Positions 8,589 to 15,420 of a stretch of DNA of 20,000 nucleotides are shown piece after piece. A program made the translations under genes and the position numbers. Below the pieces are notes generated by a model. That model did no database searches, was not told where the DNA came from, and saw nothing but the letters and a program-made list of their open reading frames with translations. Every line of letters starts with the position of its first letter. Position 1 is the stretch's first letter. This DNA is from an uncultured virus (IMG/VR IMGVR_UViG_3300044608_001664) (taxonomy: Duplodnaviria; Heunggongvirae; Uroviricota; Caudoviricetes; Schitoviridae). The stretch lies in IMG/VR virus record IMGVR_UViG_3300044608_001664. The stretch is one strand, 5' to 3'.

Positions 8589-8849
8589 ATGAATGCCTGC
8601 GTTAGTAGGTACTTTGTTGACCTATATCAAGTAAATGTGCCGACCTATTACCTTGGTCATTCATAGGGTATTTCCTAATCAAATCAATGGGGTTTACTCC
8701 CATTCGGTATATTAGAAAATGACCTCTTCCTGCCCTGAAAAAGCGTGAAATATTTCACACTTTTTACTTGGTGTTCTTAGGTAACATGCGCCCCGAAATT
8801 CGGGTGTGGTTACCAAAGATAGCGTCCTTGAACCAACAAAAATAAGGAC
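8589..8849. other. Multi-hairpin non-coding element (candidate ncRNA or structured DNA)
   Basis: Five consecutive inverted repeats at 8589-8664, 8667-8724, 8738-8765, 8775-8819 and 8824-8849; no ORF of 60 aa or more. Confidence 0.5.
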
Positions 8850-8858
8850 TTAACCCCT

Positions 8859-8880
8859 TGCGCTCCGCGCATGGAATGGC
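8859..8880 (+). promoter_or_regulatory. Virion RNAP hairpin promoter P3
   Basis: TGCGC-TCC-GCGCA-TGGAA-TGGC; same spacing as P1. Confidence 0.85.
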
Positions 8881-8924
8881 AAATTCTGCCCCTATCCCTC
8901 ACCTCTTATTACTGGAGAAATATC

Positions 8925-9200
8925 ATGGCTTTCAATTCCTCTTCTGCTGCCGCTGCCACACCAGCTACCCAATCCGAAAACTGGAAGGCTCAAGGCTTCC
9001 TGAACCTGTATCTGCCGTCCAAGGGTGGCCAACGCCGTAAGCTGGGTGCTATCCCGCTCAAGGATGCCAAGGTCAACGAGAAACAACTTCGTGCTTGGCT
9101 GGAAGAAGATCCGTCCCGTGTGACGCAGCTTCTCGCCAAGCTGGAAATCGAGTATCAATCCGCTGCTTCGAATGACGAAAACGCCTTCGCTCTCGATTGA
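8925..9200 (+). CDS. Early protein, possibly N4 gp2-like ssDNA-binding RNAPII cofactor (91 aa)
   Basis: RBS GGAG; has its own promoter and terminator. Flexible N-terminus then KAQGFLNL..GAIPL, reminiscent of N4 gp2, with an acidic tail. Function is inferred. Confidence 0.6.
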   Translation: MAFNSSSAAAATPATQSENWKAQGFLNLYLPSKGGQRRKLGAIPLKDAKVNEKQLRAWLEEDPSRVTQLLAKLEIEYQSAASNDENAFALD

Positions 9201-9217
9201 CCCTGTGTTTCTCCCTG

Positions 9218-9258
9218 TAACCGTCTGTCCCTTAACTGGGACAGGCGGTTATTTTTTT
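9218..9258 (+). terminator. Intrinsic terminator
   Basis: TAACCGTCTGTCCC-TTAACT-GGGACAGGCGGTTA followed by T7. Confidence 0.9.
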
Positions 9259-9303
9259 GTCTGTTGTCCCTTTACACAAAACCAAGACAGTTGAATCAGC
9301 ATA

Positions 9304-9324
9304 GCCCTTCGGGCATGTGTTGGA
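9304..9324 (+). promoter_or_regulatory. Virion RNAP hairpin promoter P4 (GAA-loop variant)
   Basis: GCCC-TTC-GGGC-ATGTGT-TGGA; same architecture as P1-P3, placed after a terminator and before a new operon. Confidence 0.75.
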
Positions 9325-9353
9325 ATGTCTAACTTTTATTTAAGGGGATACTC

Positions 9354-9458
9354 ATGATCCAGATTATTCAAACCATCCGAGATACTGCAATGCTCGGTGC
9401 TTTCTTGATAGTGCAGGGTATTGCCCTGCTTATCGGTCTTAACCCATTCAAGGAGTAA
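9354..9458 (+). CDS. Small hydrophobic peptide (34 aa)
   Basis: RBS AAGGGG; MIQIIQTIRDTAMLGAFLIVQGIALLIGLNPFKE. Confidence 0.6.
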   Translation: MIQIIQTIRDTAMLGAFLIVQGIALLIGLNPFKE

Positions 9459-9461
9459 GCC

Positions 9462-9494
9462 ATGTCTATCTTTGTATTTGGGGGTACACTCTAG
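9462..9494 (+). pseudogene. Orphaned 5' end of the 10158..10514 gene (MSIFVFGGTL*)
   Basis: Strong RBS AAGGAG; IFVFG matches IFCFG at 10176-10190 on the far side of the HNH gene. Confidence 0.75.
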
Positions 9495-9517
9495 GTATTC
9501 ATTCAAAGGAAAAGCAA

Positions 9518-10174
9518 ATGAAACCTATCGTATATACCCTTGGGCAGCACATGCCTAATACCCGTCTTATCTTTATTCAAGAGGTGCCACGAACCAATCC
9601 AAAAGTGCGTCGTGCTACTTTTCAGTGTGCATGTGGAAATGTGGTTGATTTAGATATTGCATGGGTGGTTCACCTAAACACCACCTCCTGTGGGTGTTAC
9701 CGCAGTGAGGTAGTCGCAGAGAAAAACACCAAACATTCTCACGCAGTAAGGGAAAACACCTCTGGGGCATACCGTTCATGGCAAGCCATGCACCAAAGAG
9801 TAAAAGCAAATCCGTTATACGCCCACGTAAATGTGTGTGATCGGTGGTCCGGTGATGATGGCTTTGCCAATTTCATTGCTGACATGGGAGATCGTCCGGA
9901 GCAATTCAGTATTGAGCGACGAGACAACTCCAAAGGATATGAGCCATCCAACTGTGAATGGGCAGATAGAATTACCCAAGCCACCAACACCAGTAATACT
10001 GTTTTAGTAAGTATTGGGGATGAAACACACTCCATAAATGAATGGTGCCGTATCAAGGGAATTGTGTACCACATTATTAAGCAACGTCGCAGGCGTGGGA
10101 TGAGCATCGAAGATGCCATTACCACACCCCTTAATGAATCAAAGAGAGGACGTAAAAATGGACAAAAATCCTAA
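9518..10174 (+). CDS. Free-standing HNH homing endonuclease 1
   Basis: C.CG...TTSCGC zinc-type N-domain, YRSWQAM..R, VCDRW, F..DMG.RP...SIERRDNSKGYEPSNCEW nuclease motif, C-terminal HTH-like SINEWCR. Confidence 0.88.
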   Translation: MKPIVYTLGQHMPNTRLIFIQEVPRTNPKVRRATFQCACGNVVDLDIAWVVHLNTTSCGCYRSEVVAEKNTKHSHAVRENTSGAYRSWQAMHQRVKANPLYAHVNVCDRWSGDDGFANFIADMGDRPEQFSIERRDNSKGYEPSNCEWADRITQATNTSNTVLVSIGDETHSINEWCRIKGIVYHIIKQRRRRGMSIEDAITTPLNESKRGRKNGQKS

Positions 10175-10514
10175 AATATTTTGCTTTGGATCGAATTTGG
10201 CAGGGATTCATGGTGCAGGTGCAGCACGCTTTGCTGTAGAGAATCATGGTGCTCGCTACCGCCAAGGTATCGGGCTTCAGGGTAATAGTTATGCCATTCC
10301 CACCAAGGATCGAAACATCAACACGCTGCCCTTGGATGATATTCAAGAGCATGTGGATGTGTTCATCATCTTTGCTCAAGAACACCCTGAACTGTCCTTC
10401 GAAGTAACCCGAATCGGGTGTGGTTTAGCTGGTTATACCGATTCAGACATCGCACCCATGTTCAAGGGTGCTCCCTCAAATTGCATTCTTCCTGAAGGAT
10501 GGAGAAACCAATGA
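10158..10514 (+). CDS. Conserved phage protein, macro-domain-like (FGSN..G.HG.GAA family)
   Basis: Motifs IFCFGSNLAGIHGAGAA, G.GLQGNSYAIPT, F.VTRIGCGLAGY; AGAGGA RBS before ATG 10158. Confidence 0.75.
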   Translation: MDKNPKIFCFGSNLAGIHGAGAARFAVENHGARYRQGIGLQGNSYAIPTKDRNINTLPLDDIQEHVDVFIIFAQEHPELSFEVTRIGCGLAGYTDSDIAPMFKGAPSNCILPEGWRNQ

Positions 10515-10735
10515 ACCGAGCAGACCGTAGAGCTATCGCCCGAGGTGAGGGGCGACATGAATCCATGATCGAGATCGTCGATCATGACTCTTTGGCTGAA
10601 TACGCCTTTGCACTCTATGACTGGGATGTAGGCAGACGCATCCTTGATAACCAGTACTGCCTGTTTATCAGCCATCAACTCAGTTACTTGGATATTCGTG
10701 ATGAGTTCATGGAAGACCCATACCTACTTCACTAG
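10511..10735 (+). CDS. Hypothetical protein (74 aa, MNRADRRA...)
   Basis: GGAG RBS; ATGA overlap with the upstream gene. Confidence 0.7.
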   Translation: MNRADRRAIARGEGRHESMIEIVDHDSLAEYAFALYDWDVGRRILDNQYCLFISHQLSYLDIRDEFMEDPYLLH

Positions 10736-10744
10736 GAGATCCTC

Positions 10745-11653
10745 ATGGACACGCTTGAACAGATTCAACGGCAGGAAAACATCGAGATGCAATACAACCG
10801 TAAGCACATCGATGATCGTATTCGTAGTGAGATTGAATCCAATCTGATCATGCAGGAGAAGATCGAGCAAGGTATTCAACTGATCACTGAGTACATGGGC
10901 AAGACCTACTATGACTCCAAGAACGCACGCATTGCCCAACTTCAAGGGATGTGCCTGCGTACCTTGGTAACTGAAATCTTCGTAGGTGTGGCCTATTGTC
11001 AGATCGAAGAGTTGTTCACTTCGGTCACTGCCATGATGGCTGGACGCTTGAGGTTCTCCGATAAGCTGGATGCCATCAAGACTGTGGCTGAATTGATGGC
11101 TGTGCTCTGTCTGACTGATGCCTTCGATATCTTGAAGACTTCCAAGACATCCAGCCTGATGGTGGTATCTCGCATTCCCTTGAGTGCCAGTACCCTACGC
11201 TTCATCGAGAACAGCCAGTACCTGCCTCCGATGGTGTGTGAGCCTCTGGAATTGGTGAATAACTACTCCAGTGGTTACCTCACCCACAACGACTCGCTTA
11301 TTCTGGGGAAGGGAAACCATCACCAAGGGGATCTCTGTCTGGATGTACTCAACCTGATGAATCGGGTTCCCTTGGCACTGGCTACAGACTTCCTCAGTAG
11401 TGTTGAGGAAGATCCTACCTTCGTCACTGATACCCCTGAGAAAGCCCAGCAATGGGACAACTTCAAGCGTCAGAGCTATGAGTTTTACCTACTCATTGCT
11501 CAGTATGGCAATCGCTTTTGGTTAACACATAAAGTGGATAAACGTGGTAGAATATATTCCTGTGGATACCATATAAACACTCAGGGAACCTCATTCAAAA
11601 AAGCCTGCGTTGAGTTAGCAACCCAGGAAATTGTTACGGGAGTACCTACTTAA
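10745..11653 (+). CDS. RNA polymerase II subunit 1 (N4 gp15-like)
   Basis: 302 aa; T7-family motifs LPPMVCEP, SGYL and DKRGRIY; RBS AGGAG. Confidence 0.92.
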   Translation: MDTLEQIQRQENIEMQYNRKHIDDRIRSEIESNLIMQEKIEQGIQLITEYMGKTYYDSKNARIAQLQGMCLRTLVTEIFVGVAYCQIEELFTSVTAMMAGRLRFSDKLDAIKTVAELMAVLCLTDAFDILKTSKTSSLMVVSRIPLSASTLRFIENSQYLPPMVCEPLELVNNYSSGYLTHNDSLILGKGNHHQGDLCLDVLNLMNRVPLALATDFLSSVEEDPTFVTDTPEKAQQWDNFKRQSYEFYLLIAQYGNRFWLTHKVDKRGRIYSCGYHINTQGTSFKKACVELATQEIVTGVPT

Positions 11654-11666
11654 TTAAGGAATACAA

Positions 11667-12344
11667 ATGGCGAAACCAAAGAAGGACGTTACCGGAGAAA
11701 TCTATGGAAGACTTACCATTACAGGTGATGCACCCTATCGGTCGAAAGACCGTCGGGTGTTCGTTACCTGTGAGTGTGGAAATACAAAAGATGTTCTTCT
11801 CAATAGCCTGCGTAGGAGGGAAACCACCTCCTGCGGCTGTTACCTTCAGGAACAGATAACCAAACATGGGGATGCCCACGCACGGTTGTACAAGATATTC
11901 AACTCTGTGCACAACCGGTGCTACTTAACTTCATCAGAACGGTATTCAGATTATGGAGGAAGGGGTATTACGGTGTGTGCCCAGTGGTTGAATAACTACG
12001 AAGCCTTTCGCGTATGGGCATTGAAGTCTGGATATTCCGAGGATCTCACCATAGATCGAATCGACAATAACAAGGGGTATTCCCCTGAAAACTGTCGATG
12101 GACTACCCGAAATATCCAGCAAAGGAACAAACGTGCTTTTGTTGGGGGAACCTCTGCATACCGTGGTGTAAGCCACTGCAAGCAAACAGGTAAATGGATT
12201 GCCATGATTAAGGTAAATGGCAAACAGAAAAACCTAGGAAGGTATCCCACAGAAATAGAAGCAGCCCAAGCACGGGACACCTACATCAAAGACAACATCT
12301 TAAAGGGCTTCACACTCAATTTTGAGAAAGGAATAATCCCATGA
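11667..12344 (+). CDS. Free-standing HNH-AP2 homing endonuclease 2
   Basis: YGRLT, CECG, TTSCGC, YGGRGITVC..W, LTIDRIDNNKGYSPENCRW, and C-terminal AP2 domain (YRGVS....KWIA.I....K.LG.Y....AAQARD). Confidence 0.92.
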   Translation: MAKPKKDVTGEIYGRLTITGDAPYRSKDRRVFVTCECGNTKDVLLNSLRRRETTSCGCYLQEQITKHGDAHARLYKIFNSVHNRCYLTSSERYSDYGGRGITVCAQWLNNYEAFRVWALKSGYSEDLTIDRIDNNKGYSPENCRWTTRNIQQRNKRAFVGGTSAYRGVSHCKQTGKWIAMIKVNGKQKNLGRYPTEIEAAQARDTYIKDNILKGFTLNFEKGIIP

Positions 12345-12397
12345 AAGCCATGGTTGAGCTGGCCACACCAGAGGTTGTCACCGGTGTCCCGGCATGA
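12341..12397 (+). pseudogene. Duplicated/orphaned 3' end of RNAP subunit 1 (MKAMVELATPEVVTGVPA*)
   Basis: Aligns codon-for-codon to KACVELATQEIVTGVPT* at 11600-11653, with the stop in the same position. Confidence 0.88.
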
Positions 12398-12422
12398 CTT
12401 CTACGATGCCATCAGTTATGTC

Positions 12423-12653
12423 ATGAGTGCTATGAGCAAGGGCACTCACTTCGTCTTCTATGGGCAGCAGTTGTATGGGGAATACGGGATAGCCACCGTA
12501 CCTCCTGCCAGCCATCTACCAGATGGTGCCTTCATGCTGGCCCCAAGAGGACGTTGGTACCTCGTCTTGAGTGGTGGACTAACTCCAATCAACTATTCAG
12601 ACATTCCTCCTGAAGTACGTCTGAACTGCCTGCTCATGGGCATCTCCATCTGA
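12423..12653 (+). CDS. Hypothetical protein (~76 aa)
   Basis: Open frame 12354..12653; ATG 12423 is the first in-frame ATG; true start uncertain. Confidence 0.6.
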   Translation: MSAMSKGTHFVFYGQQLYGEYGIATVPPASHLPDGAFMLAPRGRWYLVLSGGLTPINYSDIPPEVRLNCLLMGISI

Positions 12654-12701
12654 TCTAGCTATTCACAATCCTATTCATTTATCTATTCAAGGAGTATCCC
12701 A

Positions 12702-13961
12702 ATGACCCCATTTACCGGGTGGCAGTACCTGCTTATCGATGTGGCCAATCAGTTTGGGCTGGATAAGCTGCTCTTTGAGGAGCGTATCAAATGGGCTGAA
12801 GAGAATCTGGATCGACTGGAATCTCTGGTTGATCAGGCTGAAACCAAACCTTTGTACATGAAAGGTGTACAAGCTATTCGCAAGGCCCAGAAGGGTATCC
12901 CGACTGGTCATCTGATCGGCTTCGATGCTTGTTGTAGTGGTGTGCAGATCATGTCTGCCATCACTGGCTGTATCGCTGGTGCTACCGCTACTGGCTTGGT
13001 TGATCCCAATGTCCGTGCCGATGCCTATGCTGCCGTGACGGCCTCCATGAACGAACTGTTGCACAGCCAAGGAATCTCCGTGGATGTGTCTCGGGCTGAC
13101 GCGAAATTGGCGACGATGACATCATTTTACGGAAGCAAGGCCAAGCCTATCGAAATCTTCGGTGAGAAGACTCCTGAATTGGCTGCGTTCTACCAAGCTG
13201 CCAACATCGTTGCTCCGGGTGCATGGGAGCTGCTCCAGGATCTTCTGGCTTCATGGCAACCGTATCACCTGTACCACGCATGGAAGCTGCCTGATGGCTA
13301 CGATGCACGAATCAAGGTCATGGAGAAGAAGGAGTCTCGTATCGAGGTGGATGAGTTGGACCATGCCACCTTCACCTACGAGTACTACGTCAACGAGGGA
13401 ACCAAGAAAGGACTGAGCAATGTGGCTAATGTGGTGCACAGCATTGATGCCTATGTGCTCCGCTCTATCCATCGTCGTTGCAACTACGATGCGCCGATGG
13501 TCAAGCGTGCTTGCATGGCCTTGCTGGAGGAGATGGATCTGCGTAACGCCGGTATCACCGAGCAGGTGCCTCGGATACAAGATGAAAACTGCAAGATCGA
13601 CTACTACGTGAGCCAGTATGAGCGTAGTGGGATGGCTGATGTGGTGATCCTCCCGTATCTCAAGGATGGTAACCAGACCCAGTTCCTGTCGGATACGCAC
13701 ATCATGCAGTTGCTGGATATTGGTGAATCCATGATCGGATACGAACCCTTCGAAGTCATCACGATTCACGATGAATTCAAGTGCCATCCGAACCACATGA
13801 ATCACTTGCGTCAGCAGTACATCAACATCTTCGCAGAGTTGGCAGAGAGCAACATCCTCTCCGATATCCTGTCCCAGATCCATGGATGCAAGGGAGCATT
13901 CCCGAAGCTATCCGACAACCTAGGAGAAATCATCCGTGGCAGCAACTACGCGCTTAGTTAA
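12702..13961 (+). CDS. RNA polymerase II subunit 2 (N4 gp16-like)
   Basis: 419 aa; motif A FDACCSGVQ, motif B R..AK..TMT.FYG, ANVVHSIDA, motif C IHDEF; RBS AAGGAG. Confidence 0.95.
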   Translation: MTPFTGWQYLLIDVANQFGLDKLLFEERIKWAEENLDRLESLVDQAETKPLYMKGVQAIRKAQKGIPTGHLIGFDACCSGVQIMSAITGCIAGATATGLVDPNVRADAYAAVTASMNELLHSQGISVDVSRADAKLATMTSFYGSKAKPIEIFGEKTPELAAFYQAANIVAPGAWELLQDLLASWQPYHLYHAWKLPDGYDARIKVMEKKESRIEVDELDHATFTYEYYVNEGTKKGLSNVANVVHSIDAYVLRSIHRRCNYDAPMVKRACMALLEEMDLRNAGITEQVPRIQDENCKIDYYVSQYERSGMADVVILPYLKDGNQTQFLSDTHIMQLLDIGESMIGYEPFEVITIHDEFKCHPNHMNHLRQQYINIFAELAESNILSDILSQIHGCKGAFPKLSDNLGEIIRGSNYALS

Positions 13962-14004
13962 TGCCAGCACATTCAAGGGGATCAATCCTGCTTTATGGAA
14001 GGAG

Positions 14005-14172
14005 TTGATCCCCTGTAAGTGTGGGTACAACAAACTACATCTGATCAATCAAACCATGGGGGATACCCCTACGTTGAAGGTCAAATGTATCCGCTGTCGT
14101 CAATCTGGCCCCATAGCAGAGTCTGTTATAGACGCAGTAAGTAGGTGGAACATGCTGCACTTGATCATTTAA
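14005..14172 (+). CDS. Lar-like (restriction-alleviation family) zinc-ribbon protein
   Basis: PCKCG...VKCIRC...A...WN pattern; probable TTG start at 14005, start uncertain. Confidence 0.55.
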   Translation: MIPCKCGYNKLHLINQTMGDTPTLKVKCIRCRQSGPIAESVIDAVSRWNMLHLII

Positions 14173-14210
14173 GCAGGTGCCCTCTCGGGCACTTGGCGAG
14201 CTGGAAATTG

Positions 14211-14247
14211 AAGGGACATCTCCGAAAGGGGATGTCCCTTATTTTTT
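14211..14247 (+). terminator. Intrinsic terminator with GAAA loop
   Basis: AAGGGACATCTCC-GAAA-GGGGATGTCCCTT followed by ATTTTTT. Confidence 0.9.
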
Positions 14248-14267
14248 ACCCCATTCAAGGAGATCCC

Positions 14268-14387
14268 GTGTCTGCCGAACAATACCTTCAGATGCTGATC
14301 GATGGTCAGAAGATCAGCAGCATTCCCGTCCAACTGACTGAGCTGCTGTTCCTTCAGGGACTGATGAAACAGACCCCAAAGCAGTAG
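14268..14387 (+). CDS. Small hypothetical protein (39 aa)
   Basis: RBS AAGGAG and GTG start at 14268. Confidence 0.6.
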   Translation: MSAEQYLQMLIDGQKISSIPVQLTELLFLQGLMKQTPKQ

Positions 14388-14505
14388 CCATTCAGACAGT
14401 CGAGAGAAGTCCTTCAGAACTTCTCTTAGAAGTCTGACCGATATTCTAAATTTCGAAATCAACCAATTTTGGCTATATACAGCCGATAGTCTAAGGAGCC
14501 TCACC

Positions 14506-14772
14506 ATGCCCGTTAAATGCCTCACCGAAGCCCAGAAGAATTTCATCGAACTGGCGTACAAGAACAAGCACAAGACCCAGAAAGAGCTGGCTGTGTATCT
14601 CAAGACCTCCGAGCGCACCGTCAATCGTGTGCTGGAAGAACGTGGCCTGGCCACCCCCATCGCTCGCATCAAGGGTGAGGCGTATCAGGTCATGCAACTG
14701 CTGAAGAAGTATGGAGTTGATTACGACATGCTGAAGCGTGTCCTCCAGGACAAGTTCAATGCAGTTGCCTGA
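14506..14772 (+). CDS. Helix-turn-helix DNA-binding protein
   Basis: TQKELAVYLKTSERTVNRVL HTH; RBS AAGGAG. Confidence 0.8.
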   Translation: MPVKCLTEAQKNFIELAYKNKHKTQKELAVYLKTSERTVNRVLEERGLATPIARIKGEAYQVMQLLKKYGVDYDMLKRVLQDKFNAVA

Positions 14773-14992
14773 TAACCCTATTGGACAGTCTCGAATTGCC
14801 AACAGGAACCAAGAGTCTCTACGAGCACATCCATTGAATGTGTTCCCTACTCTTGGTTCATTGCAAGAAGTTATTGACCTTGCTGAATCCAAGATGCCCA
14901 TCACTGACAAGAACGAGATGCGTAGCTTGTTAATGACGTACCACAACAGTCTTTTGAAGGTATTGAATGACGAGAAAAACCAAAAGCCTTGA
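14759..14992 (+). CDS. Conserved hypothetical protein (77 aa)
   Basis: AGGA RBS, ATG 14759, overlapping both neighbours; ends ...LLMTYHNSLLKVLNDEKNQKP. Confidence 0.7.
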   Translation: MQLPDNPIGQSRIANRNQESLRAHPLNVFPTLGSLQEVIDLAESKMPITDKNEMRSLLMTYHNSLLKVLNDEKNQKP

Positions 14993-15419
14993 AGAACGGC
15001 TTTGGGGATTAATCGATAAGAAAGCAGAAAATGAATGTTGGCCTTGGCTAGGTGGGACCGTACCTAAAGGATACGGAACTATTAAGGTACTCATTGATGG
15101 TAAGTGGAAAACATCATATGCCCATCGAGAAATCCTTAAATTGAGTAAAGGGGTGCCCATAACCCCCAGAACACATGCTCTTCATTCTTGTGATAACCCA
15201 AGGTGTTGTAACCCACAACATCTACATTGGGGAACTAACTCCAAAAATAGAAGGGAAGCACGGGACCGCTTGCATAACCAAGGGAATCAAAAACTAACTC
15301 CTCAACAAGTTGACGTAATTAGAAACGACTCCCGTACTTATCAGGAAATTGCTAATGATTATTTTCTTCACCGAGATACCATTGCTCGCATCAAACAGAA
15401 GCGTGGATGGTTACCTTAA
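14967..15419 (+). CDS. Free-standing HNH endonuclease 3 (zinc-binding loop type) with C-terminal HTH
   Basis: ECWPWLG, GYG, AHR, HSCDNPRCCNPQHL..GT...N, KLT..QV..IR...YQEIA..Y. Confidence 0.92.
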   Translation: MTRKTKSLEERLWGLIDKKAENECWPWLGGTVPKGYGTIKVLIDGKWKTSYAHREILKLSKGVPITPRTHALHSCDNPRCCNPQHLHWGTNSKNRREARDRLHNQGNQKLTPQQVDVIRNDSRTYQEIANDYFLHRDTIARIKQKRGWLP

Positions 15420-15420
15420 T

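Noticed and set aside
8589..8849. tRNA gene
   Set aside because: No cloverleaf, T-loop GTTCRA or appropriately placed CCA end was recognisable.
7041..9324. CRISPR-like array from the recurring short motifs
   Set aside because: Repeats are short, few and irregularly spaced; most are better explained as promoters and terminal signals.
11600..12397. Group I intron in the RNAP1 gene
   Set aside because: RNAP1 already has a complete C-terminus and stop. Only 13 nt precede the HNH ORF and none follow it, leaving no room for a ribozyme core outside the ORF.
10745..13961. RNAP split in two by a mobile element
   Set aside because: A heterodimeric RNAPII is the normal state in N4-like phages.
14177..14192. 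Fifth vRNAP promoter GTGCCC-TCTC-GGGCAC
   Set aside because: It has a 4 nt loop, lacks the downstream consensus, and lies just upstream of a terminator.
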